The position numbers were made by a program, and so were the translations under genes. The notes beneath the pieces were generated by a model. It was not told where the DNA came from and searched no databases. It saw only the letters and a list, made by a program, of their open reading frames with translations. 54,927 nt of DNA from a virus (lineage: Duplodnaviria; Caudoviricetes), in IMG/VR virus record IMGVR_UViG_3300020042_012365, positions 1-54,927 of that record. One strand, written 5' to 3'. This document shows positions 1 through 9,000 of the stretch, piece after piece (within the stretch, counting starts at the first letter, position 1; each line of letters starts with the position of its first letter).

Positions 1-37
1 CAACAACAAAATATAAACAATTAATAGCAAATTCCCT

Positions 38-457
38 ATGAAAACTTTATTAACTTTATTATTTACACTTCCTTTTTTTGTGTTTTCACAAAAATCAGTT
101 ATTGGTAAAACGTACAATCTAAACAGTTTAGAAATTGCTCAGTTTGATTTTTTAGAACCAATGACATACGATGAAGCGGTAAAGGCCTGTTCAAAATTAG
201 GTGATGGATGGAGATTACCAACAAAAGAAGAAATGGAAGAAATTTACGAAAATAAAAGTAAACTAGGTGGTTTTATTTCTCCAGTATTTGTATCAGACAA
301 CTCTGAGTTTTTTATAGATAATAATGTTTATTATTGGAGTAGTAGTTCTTATGGATCTAGTTATGTTTGGGTTATAGGATTTACACATAAATTTGTTGCA
401 ATAACATTAAAAACAGGTTATCTTTACGCTAGAGCTGTTAAAACAATAAAATTATGA
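38..457 (+). CDS. Secreted DUF1566/Lcl C-terminal-like (C-type lectin fold) protein
   Basis: Signal peptide ending FS-Q; motifs A..AC..LGDGWRLPT..E, YYWSS, W...F and terminal ARAVK typical of DUF1566. Confidence 0.7.
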   Translation: MKTLLTLLFTLPFFVFSQKSVIGKTYNLNSLEIAQFDFLEPMTYDEAVKACSKLGDGWRLPTKEEMEEIYENKSKLGGFISPVFVSDNSEFFIDNNVYYWSSSSYGSSYVWVIGFTHKFVAITLKTGYLYARAVKTIKL

Positions 458-786
458 TAGAAGATATAAAAATAATACACCTTAAAAGCAATGCGCAACA
501 ACTTGAAACATGGATTGCCATGTTAAACGGAGAAATTATAGGCCACATCTATATGGAACGTGAAGAAAACAATAAAATCAAATTTCTAGATGCTTGGGTA
601 CACGAAGAACATAGACTTAAAGGTATCTTCAGAAAATTGTGGGATACAAGGTGGGAATATGTTAAAACCCGTTATAGTGGGTATACTGTATATGCTTGGT
701 GTAAACCAGGATCCTTACCATTACTTTTAGAAAAAGGTTTTACTGAAGGTGAAACTTGCACATATGTTGAAAAAATAATAAGTTAA
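454..786 (+). CDS. GNAT-family acetyltransferase
   Basis: V..EHRLKGIFRKL acetyl-CoA motif A, L.KGF near C-terminus, 110 aa. Confidence 0.7.
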   Translation: MIEDIKIIHLKSNAQQLETWIAMLNGEIIGHIYMEREENNKIKFLDAWVHEEHRLKGIFRKLWDTRWEYVKTRYSGYTVYAWCKPGSLPLLLEKGFTEGETCTYVEKIIS

Positions 787-835
787 TATGCTATATAAAT
801 TAAGATACAAATTATTAAAATATATTTTAAGAAAA

Positions 836-865
836 TTTGGATAACCTAAATTTTTTTTGTATATT
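836..865 (+). promoter_or_regulatory. Phage promoter variant (TTTGG...TTTGTATATT)
   Basis: Same geometry as the recurrent TTCGTATATT element, upstream of AAAAGTT-ATG at 891. Confidence 0.55.
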
Positions 866-890
866 GAAGTATAAATTAAAAATAAAAGTT

Positions 891-1139
891 ATGATAAATT
901 CCACAAAATCAAAAATTAAATTCTTATCTTTTCTTAGAAGATATGGAATGCTTTGTAAAAAGTATATTAAAATAACAAAACGTATTAGAATTTCTAAAAC
1001 AGTATTTCCTAATGGAGATGAAATAATACATGATAGGAATGTTAAAGAACCTCCTTTAAATCCCCATTCTTTTGAATCTGAATTACATGTATACAATGAA
1101 TTAAAAAATTCATTTAATGAAAAAATTAAAAAAAAGTAA
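891..1139 (+). CDS. Hypothetical basic protein (start revised to ATG 891)
   Basis: ORF track; ATG preceded by the recurrent AAAAGTT leader and promoter. Confidence 0.55.
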   Translation: MINSTKSKIKFLSFLRRYGMLCKKYIKITKRIRISKTVFPNGDEIIHDRNVKEPPLNPHSFESELHVYNELKNSFNEKIKKK

Positions 1140-1165
1140 ATAAATAAACCCTAAAAATAAAAGTT

Positions 1166-1483
1166 ATGAAAATCACACGTGAAGTTATCCTAAAAACCCT
1201 TAAACCAGCAATGAATGTAGTAATAGTAGTTGCAGTAGGGACCTTAATGTTTCAATTAGGTGGATTGTATCAAAAACATACATCTAGTTCTAAACAAGAA
1301 AACCCATATGCACATGCGTATTCTCCAAAAGAGATATCTATTGCTGTAAATGAAAGTAATGAGTTGATTATGATTGAAAGAGCTACTGGCAAATATATTG
1401 TTTATAGTGATACAATTGGTCAAACAATTTTTGGAATGTACGCTAACCGCATTAGACAAGAAGCAATAAATGTTAGTAAATAA
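1166..1483 (+). CDS. Single-pass membrane protein upstream of transglycosylase
   Basis: Hydrophobic segment VVIVVAVGTLMFQLG; overlaps the SLT gene. Confidence 0.6.
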   Translation: MKITREVILKTLKPAMNVVIVVAVGTLMFQLGGLYQKHTSSSKQENPYAHAYSPKEISIAVNESNELIMIERATGKYIVYSDTIGQTIFGMYANRIRQEAINVSK

Positions 1484-1991
1484 TATTAAAATCGGAATTG
1501 TGGTAGGAGCGGTTGCTTTTACCACTTTTACCGTTACTAAATCGGAAATTGAAGCAACTCAAGAAGTGCGCATTCCTGATAGTATAGACCAAGAAGCTCC
1601 ACCATCATTGCAAATGTACAAGTATATTAAAGCATACGCTGATACATTTAATATTCCATTAAAATATGCATTTGGAATAGCATATGCAGAAACAAGATAT
1701 GAAGGTCCATTTCAATGGAAATACAATCCTGCTCAAATATCTTGTGCCGGAGCTGTAGGACCAATGCAAGTAATGGTTTCCACAGCACGTTATATTAATA
1801 AAGATATGGTATCTAAGGAAAAATTACGTACAGACATTAAATACAACGTTTATACTTCAATGAAACTACTTCGTAAATTATATAATTTAAGAGGTAATTG
1901 GAAGTTAGTATTTGGAGAATATAATACAGGAAGACCTTGTGTAAACGGATACGCAGAAAGAGTATATAACCATAAAATAGATTGGAGATGA
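1470..1991 (+). CDS. Lytic transglycosylase (SLT domain) with N-terminal signal/anchor
   Basis: IAYAET (catalytic Glu), GAVGPMQV, YNTG motifs. Confidence 0.85.
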   Translation: MLVNNIKIGIVVGAVAFTTFTVTKSEIEATQEVRIPDSIDQEAPPSLQMYKYIKAYADTFNIPLKYAFGIAYAETRYEGPFQWKYNPAQISCAGAVGPMQVMVSTARYINKDMVSKEKLRTDIKYNVYTSMKLLRKLYNLRGNWKLVFGEYNTGRPCVNGYAERVYNHKIDWR

Positions 1992-2236
1992 AAGAAGTAA
2001 TTTGTATAAATGATAAAAACCTACCTGGAGGTGCGGTAGTAGTAAAAGGTAGAGAATATACTGTAATAGAGGAATTTTTAAATAACTATGATCAGCGTGT
2101 CTACATTATAGAAGGTATAGTAAATCAAGGTACCACTAAAATGGGATTACGTTGGATTGGATATGATGCATCTCGATTTGTAGAACCTGAAAAATTAATA
2201 ATAGAAAATTATGAACACGCATACGCAGAAAACTAA
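1988..2236 (+). CDS. Hypothetical phage protein
   Basis: ATGA overlap with SLT stop; V.CIND N-terminus. Confidence 0.6.
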   Translation: MKEVICINDKNLPGGAVVVKGREYTVIEEFLNNYDQRVYIIEGIVNQGTTKMGLRWIGYDASRFVEPEKLIIENYEHAYAEN

Positions 2237-2237
2237 T

Positions 2238-3032
2238 ATGAAAAAAATAAAAATATCACACGAGGTACCATTTTGTCTATTGACAAAAAGCAGAGAATTT
2301 AACGATTATGATTATTGTTTACCCCATTTAATGGATGAAAACGAAGAATATCGTGTATTTTTCCTAAATTCAAAAAATGTAGCACGATACATTATAATGG
2401 ACAACTCCCTCCATGAACTTGGAGAAGCATATAATTCAGACCGTTTAATGTATTGGGTAAATAAACTTGAACCAAATGAATTTATTGTACCTGACGTTTG
2501 GGAAGATTATGCTGCTTCAGTTCGCAATGCAAAACAATGGGCTACCGTTAAAATGCCTGCAAATACAACTAAAGTAGCTGTAGTACAAGCAAAATCATTT
2601 TATGAAGCCCTTTTATGTGTTCAAGCATATAAAGATTTAGGTTATAAGAAAATTGCATTCTCATATGGTGCTTCATATTACAATGATATTTGCCCACACC
2701 CAAACAAAGATTTAGGTAAAGCAATTGGTCGTTATATGGTAATTTATGAGTTATATAAACAAAATACTCTAACAAAATTTGATCGTGTGCATTTACTTGG
2801 AACTGCATCCCCAATTGAATTTGGAATGTATAAAAATATTGAATGTATAGAATCAATTGATACTTCAAGTCCAATTATGGCTGCAATTGGTGAAATGCCA
2901 TATACAAAAATGGGATTACATATGAAACCATTGGCTAATATGAATAAACACCAAGATATGAGCATTGATTTTGTCAATGAAGATCTTGTAGAATATAATG
3001 TTGAAATGTTTAGACGAATAAATGGATTCTAA
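2238..3032 (+). CDS. TGT/DpdA-like guanine transglycosylase-fold protein
   Basis: IMDNS, PDV, VHLLG and SIDTS motifs of the TGT TIM-barrel family; just upstream of queC/D/E. Confidence 0.6.
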   Translation: MKKIKISHEVPFCLLTKSREFNDYDYCLPHLMDENEEYRVFFLNSKNVARYIIMDNSLHELGEAYNSDRLMYWVNKLEPNEFIVPDVWEDYAASVRNAKQWATVKMPANTTKVAVVQAKSFYEALLCVQAYKDLGYKKIAFSYGASYYNDICPHPNKDLGKAIGRYMVIYELYKQNTLTKFDRVHLLGTASPIEFGMYKNIECIESIDTSSPIMAAIGEMPYTKMGLHMKPLANMNKHQDMSIDFVNEDLVEYNVEMFRRINGF

Positions 3033-3062
3033 TTTGGAGTCCATATTTTGTTTTCGTATAAT
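3033..3062 (+). promoter_or_regulatory. Phage promoter TTTGG...TTCGTATAAT
   Basis: One-base variant of the recurrent motif. Confidence 0.65.
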
Positions 3063-3079
3063 TAATCAAAATAAAAGTT

Positions 3080-3379
3080 ATGGAATATTTAAGTTTATAT
3101 GATTACCTAGGCAAAGCCGCAGGTGAAAAATTAGGTAAAGAAGTAAAACAAGAAGCCGACAAACAAGAGATTTTAACTCAAACCCGAGAAATAGCTAATC
3201 CAAAATTTTCAGGTACAGTTCTTTTATATCCAAAAGAGTTCCTTGAATTTTACTTTAGAGAACCACAATCAAACCTAATGGATGAATTAGTTGATTTAAA
3301 TCCTCATTATATCGTGGATGAATTACCTAAAGGACATGATTGGACAGGAAATCTTGAAGATGATGATTTACCTTTTTAA
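3080..3379 (+). CDS. Hypothetical phage protein with acidic DDDLPF tail
   Basis: ORF track; SLYDYLG N-terminus, SSB-like C-terminal tail. Confidence 0.65.
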   Translation: MEYLSLYDYLGKAAGEKLGKEVKQEADKQEILTQTREIANPKFSGTVLLYPKEFLEFYFREPQSNLMDELVDLNPHYIVDELPKGHDWTGNLEDDDLPF

Positions 3380-3381
3380 TT

Positions 3382-3555
3382 ATGGATAAAATAACTAAAC
3401 AAGAATTTGAAACGTTTCGTGAAACGTGGAAATCTGAGTGGTACGAACATTGGAGACTCTTGGATATTGACTTTGAAACTTATATGTTAATGAAAGGATT
3501 AACTAAACAAGAATATAAAAATTTAAATAACGACGAATTATGGAAAAACATGTAG
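3382..3555 (+). CDS. Small hypothetical protein (57 aa, MDKITKQEF...), not in ORF track
   Basis: Translated by hand; fills the gap and overlaps the queC start. Confidence 0.55.
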   Translation: MDKITKQEFETFRETWKSEWYEHWRLLDIDFETYMLMKGLTKQEYKNLNNDELWKNM

Positions 3556-4418
3556 TGATTAGCCTTTCAGGTGGAATGGATAGTAGCACTCTTTTACTTA
3601 GATGCTTAAAAGAATATCAAAATGTTGTTTGTATCTCTTTTGACTATGGCCAAAAACATCGAATTGAGCTTGAACGTGCTCAATTATTAGTAGATTATAT
3701 TAATGGACAATTTATTGTAGATAAAGAATCTAAAACAGTAGAATACCCCCATTATATAAAATATCGCCAAATCCAATTAAATGGATTAGCTGATTTATTA
3801 GATTCAGCTTTGGTAACAGGTGGAGCAGAAGTACCTGAAGGACATTATGCTGAAGAAAACATGAAAGCAACAGTTGTTCCAAATAGAAACAAAATATTTG
3901 CTTCAATTACACAAGCAGTTGCACTTTCAGTAGCAAATAAAACAGGTGAGCAATGTGATATTGCAATGGGAATCCACAGCGGAGACCACGCGATCTATTT
4001 GGATTGTAGGCAAGAATTTAGAGACGCTGACGATCATGCTTTCAGAATTGGTAATTGGGGATCTGAAAAAGTAGGTTACTTTACACCATATCTTGAAGGT
4101 GATAAATTTACCATTTTACAAGATGGAGAAGTATTATGTAGTGAATTAGGACTTGATTTTGATGAAGTATATAAACGTACAAACACTTCATATAAACCAA
4201 TTTACCATAACTTTTTATACACAAATGATGAAGATGAAATAGTTGATGGTTCTGATTGGTTTTCTGATTTTAAATCAGCAAGTTCCGTGGAGCGAGTAGA
4301 AGCATTTATTAAATTAGGAAGAAAAGATCCTGTAGAATATGCTGATGAAACAGGTCCTGTAAATTGGGAACACGTAGTAAATGAAGTAACAAAAGTATTA
4401 GAAAACCACAACAATTAA
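3540..4418 (+). CDS. queC: 7-cyano-7-deazaguanine synthase
   Basis: SGGMDS PP-loop, FDYGQKH, VPNRN, GDHAIYLDCR. Confidence 0.9.
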   Translation: MEKHVVISLSGGMDSSTLLLRCLKEYQNVVCISFDYGQKHRIELERAQLLVDYINGQFIVDKESKTVEYPHYIKYRQIQLNGLADLLDSALVTGGAEVPEGHYAEENMKATVVPNRNKIFASITQAVALSVANKTGEQCDIAMGIHSGDHAIYLDCRQEFRDADDHAFRIGNWGSEKVGYFTPYLEGDKFTILQDGEVLCSELGLDFDEVYKRTNTSYKPIYHNFLYTNDEDEIVDGSDWFSDFKSASSVERVEAFIKLGRKDPVEYADETGPVNWEHVVNEVTKVLENHNN

Positions 4419-4421
4419 AAA

Positions 4422-4898
4422 ATGGGAAAATATATTAGCACAAAATTATTTGAAAATTATTCAGTAGCACTTAGACAACATAAAGCATCACATTCACATT
4501 GTGAATTATTACATGGATATGCTTTAAAATTTAAAGTATGGTTTGCATCAAATGAACCAATTGAAGAAAACCAATTAGATGATATGAATTGGATCGTTGA
4601 TTACGGAGGGTTTAAAGATGCACCTAAAGGTAATGGTTTAAAATCTTGGATGAACCATATGTGGGATCATACCTTACTAATTGAAAAAGATGATCCATAT
4701 TTAGATTTCTTTGAATCTGCAGCAATGGAAGGTCTATGTGCACTTCGAGTAATGGATAAAATGGGAGCTGAATCATGTGCAAAACTTGTATTTGATAAAT
4801 TCAATGAAGTTTTATCTAAAACAGATGGTGGGCGATGCAAATGTATTAAAGTAGAATGTTTTGAAAACGACAATAACTCCAGCATATATGAACAATAA
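4422..4898 (+). CDS. queD: 6-carboxy-5,6,7,8-tetrahydropterin synthase
   Basis: HC..LHGY, DYG, WDH and C-terminal E..N motifs. Confidence 0.85.
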   Translation: MGKYISTKLFENYSVALRQHKASHSHCELLHGYALKFKVWFASNEPIEENQLDDMNWIVDYGGFKDAPKGNGLKSWMNHMWDHTLLIEKDDPYLDFFESAAMEGLCALRVMDKMGAESCAKLVFDKFNEVLSKTDGGRCKCIKVECFENDNNSSIYEQ

Positions 4899-4955
4899 TT
4901 ATTATACGACAACCACCACTTTTGGTGACATTAAATTTACATATATTTTAGTAAA

Positions 4956-5204
4956 ATGAAAGAAATACTATATTTTTCAAGTACGTGGTGTGGACCATGT
5001 AAGAATTTTAAACCTATTATGGAAAGCGTAAGCAATTCTATCCCTGTTCAATTTGTAGACGTTGATCAGAATCCAACATTAGCGGCCCAATACAATATTA
5101 GAAGCATACCTACTTTAGTATTTTTAAAGGATGGACAAGAAATTAATAAAAAACCAGGAGTTTTAAGTGAATCACAAGTAAAAGAAATATGGAATCAAAT
5201 TTAG
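4956..5204 (+). CDS. trxA: Thioredoxin
   Basis: WCGPC active site and IPT cis-Pro motif. Confidence 0.9.
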   Translation: MKEILYFSSTWCGPCKNFKPIMESVSNSIPVQFVDVDQNPTLAAQYNIRSIPTLVFLKDGQEINKKPGVLSESQVKEIWNQI

Positions 5205-5971
5205 GAAGAATAGAAGATTATAATAAAACATTACCTGTACTTGAATTGTATAGATGTGTTCAAAGCGAGGGTTCTCGTTTTGGAAGACCTACTATAGCAG
5301 TTCGTACAACAGGTTGTACTCACAGATGTTATTTTAGAGAAGGTGGATGGTGCGACAGCTGGTACACAAGTATACACCCAGAAAAAGGAACATTCAATTT
5401 CAATGATATTATCAAAATATATGATGAAAATCCTCATATAAAAGAAATGATGCTTACCGGAGGAAGTCCGAGTATGCACCCAAAATTAGTAAACGAATTA
5501 ACACATTTCGCAAATGAAAGAGGAATCCTTATTACCATTGAAACTGAAGGTAGCCATTTTGTACCTACAGACTATCCTTTGGGTCTTATATCTCTCAGTC
5601 CAAAGTTTAATAATTCTGTACCCGTACTTGATGCTGTTACGCCTCAAGGAGCGATTGTGGGACAAAAAATGATTGATCAACACAATAAATTTAGATTAAA
5701 TGTTGAGGTAATGAGACAAATGATCGATTTCCATACGGATTATCATTATAAACCAGTTTGGGATGGTACAGAAAAGAATTTAGATGAAATAGAAGCATTT
5801 AGATTATCATTAAATATCCCAAAAGATAAAACATACATTATGCCCGCAGGAGATACTAGAGAAACATTAATTGAAATGTATCCACTTGTATTTGATATGT
5901 GTGCTGAAAAGGGTTACAATATGACAGGAAGAGATCATATTATCGCATTTGATACAAAAAGAGGAGTATAA
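5189..5971 (+). CDS. queE: 7-carboxy-7-deazaguanine synthase (radical SAM)
   Basis: QSEG..G.P...VR..GC, LTGG.P, ETEG, SLSPK motifs. Confidence 0.88.
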   Translation: MESNLGRIEDYNKTLPVLELYRCVQSEGSRFGRPTIAVRTTGCTHRCYFREGGWCDSWYTSIHPEKGTFNFNDIIKIYDENPHIKEMMLTGGSPSMHPKLVNELTHFANERGILITIETEGSHFVPTDYPLGLISLSPKFNNSVPVLDAVTPQGAIVGQKMIDQHNKFRLNVEVMRQMIDFHTDYHYKPVWDGTEKNLDEIEAFRLSLNIPKDKTYIMPAGDTRETLIEMYPLVFDMCAEKGYNMTGRDHIIAFDTKRGV

Positions 5972-5994
5972 TATATTATCTTATATTATTGCTT

Positions 5995-6010
5995 AATATG
6001 TATAATAAAA
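5995..6010 (+). promoter_or_regulatory. Candidate late-type promoter AATATGTATAATAAAA
   Basis: Recurs (as AATATTTATAATAAAA) at 15222 and 26724; directly before the fibre gene. Confidence 0.5.
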
Positions 6011-6015
6011 TTTAA

Positions 6016-9000
6016 ATGGCACTTACATTGAATAAAATAGGCGTAACAACAGGTAATACTGTTGAGGCGTATCATGTAACTCAATCTATTGATGCTTTTA
6101 CAGGAGAAGAAGCATACGATATTACACTTTCAGGTTCACTAACAGTAACAGGAAGTGTTATTGTAACATCAGGTTTAACTGGATCTTTACAAGGTACGGC
6201 TTCATATGCTACAAATGTATTAAGTTCAAGCTTTGCTTCAACTGCATCATTTTTTAGTGGAACGGTTGTAAGTGCTTCATATGCACTAACAGCTTCATTT
6301 GCATTAAATGCTGGAGGAGGAGCAGCTTTTCCATTCACCGGTAGTGCTTTAATTACTGGTTCATTAGGAGTAACGGGTTCATTAAGTAATGGAAATGGAA
6401 ACATTGCTTCTGGAATCTTTTCCCACGCAGAAGGTAGTACTACAACTTCAACCGGCATCTATTCACACGCAGAAGGCAATAGTACAACATCAACCGGAAA
6501 CTATTCACATGCAGAAGGTAATGGAACAACATCAACAGGAATTGCTTCACACGCAGAAGGCGAACTTACAATTTCAACCGGAGATGCTTCACACGCAGAA
6601 GGTGAAACTACAATATCATCAGGAAGTTATTCACACGCAGAAGGAGCTAGTACAATTTCAACAGGAATGGCTTCACACGCAGAAGGAGCTCTTACTGATG
6701 CCATTGGAGACTATTCACACGCAGAAGGTGCTAGTACAACAGCAACCGGATTTGGGTCACACGCAGAAGGACAATCAACTCTATCATTAGGATTATATTC
6801 CCACGCAGAAGGTGAAAGTACAACTGCAACCGGAAATTGGTCACACGCTGAAGGGCTAGGAACTGTAGCATCGGGATCTTACCAACACGTACAAGGACAA
6901 TACAATATATCATCATCCGCTCAAGCTGCATTTATTCATGGTAATGGTACAAGCACATCAGCAAGATCAAATTTAATTTTTGCATCAGGCTCTCAAGTAC
7001 AAGTAACAGGAAGTGTTATTGTAACTAGTGGTTTTACCGGTTCATTGCTAGGAACGGCAACAACAGCATCATCCACTCCAAATGCTATAATAACAGCATC
7101 TGTATCATCAAATACAATCACATTTACTAAAGGTAATGGTACAACATTTCCCATCACTGTTAATACCGGAAGTGGTGGTGGGGGTGGAAGCGCATTTCCA
7201 TTCACAGGATCCGCAGGAATCTCAGGAAGTATTTTAATAAACTCTCAACTAACATTAGGTGTTGGTAGTGGTGCTTTTTTAGGAGGACCAACACATAATG
7301 TTGCTTTAGGTAAAAATAATCTACAATCAAATACTTCAGGAAGCTTTAACGTTGCTTTAGGTTATGGTGCCTTAGCTTCAAATACTACAGGATACAATAA
7401 CGTTGCTTTAGGTCAAGCTTTAGGTTCAAATACAACAGGAAAATATAACGTTGCTTTAGGTGCTGCTTTAGGTTCAAATACAACAGGAAACTATAACGTT
7501 GCTTTAGGTAGAACTGCTTTAAACGCTAATACAACAGGACTATATAACGTTGCTTTAAGTAAACATGCTTTATATTCAAATACAATAGGAACCGCTAACA
7601 TTGCTTTAGGTCTAACTGCTTTATATTCCAATACAACAGGAAACTCTAACGTTGCTTTAGGTGATAGCGCTTTATATTCAAATACTTCAGGAAGTAACAA
7701 CGTTGCTTTAGGTTCAAGTGCTTTACGTTATAATACAACAGGAAATCAAAACGTTGCTTTAGGTACACAAGCTCTACTTTCAAATACTTCCGGAAACAAT
7801 AACGTTGCTTTAGGTCTAAGTGCTTTATATTCAAATACAACAGGACTATATAACGTTGCTTTAGGTTCAAATGCTTTATATTATAATACAACAGGAACCG
7901 CTAACGTTGCTTTAGGTATAAATGCTTTAAATTACAATACAATAGGAACCGCTAACGTTGCTTTAGGTCCAAGTGCTTTACGTTACAATACAACAGGAAA
8001 CTATAACGTTGCTTTAGGTCGAAAGGCTTTATATTCAAATACAACAGGAACCAATAACGTTGCTTTAGGTCTAAGTGCTTTATATTCAAATACAACAGGA
8101 AATCGAAACGTTGCTCAAGGTTATCAAGCTTTATTTTTAAATACAATAGGAAATAATAACATAGCTCAAGGTTATAGAGCATTATATTCAAATACTTCAG
8201 GAAGCTATAACGTTGCTCAAGGTTATAGAGCATTATATTCAAATACAGAAGGAACCGATAACATAGCTCAAGGTTACAAATCATTATATTACAATACAAC
8301 AGGAAATTATAACGTTGCTTTAGGTAGAAATGCTTTACAATCCAATACAACAGGAAACCAAAACGTTGCTTTAGGTAATAGTGCTTTACGTCAAAATACA
8401 ACAGGAACCAATAACGTTGCTTTGGGTATAAATGCTTTAAATTCAAATACTTCAGGAAGTAACAACGTTGCTTTAGGTCAAAGTGCTTTACGTGACAATA
8501 CAACAGGAACCGCTAACGTTGCTTTAGGTCCAAGTGCTTTAACTTCAAATACAACAGGAGGTGAAAATATTGCTTTAGGTCCAAATGCTTTATATTCAAA
8601 TACTTCCGGAACCAATAACGTTGCTTTAGGATCAGGTTCTTTATCTTCAAATACATCAGGATACAATAACGTTGCTTTAGGTTCACTTGCTTTACGTTCA
8701 AATACAACAGGAAATAATAATATAGCTCAAGGTACAAATGCTTTACAACAAAATACAACAGGAAACTATAACGTTGCTTTAGGTCCAAGTGCTTTACAAT
8801 ATAATACAATAGGAAACTATAACGTTGCTTTAGGTAGAAATACTTTAACTTCAAATACAACAGGAAACCATAATGTTGCTCAAGGTTACAAAGCTTTAAA
8901 TTCAAATACAACAGGATACAACAACGTTGCTTTAGGTCCAAGGGCTTTACGATCAAATACAGAAGGAACCGATAACATAGCTCAAGGTTATAGAGCATTA

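Noticed and set aside
6389-6790. Alternative-frame ORF with HTQK repeats
   Set aside because: Frame shadow of the SHAEG repeats
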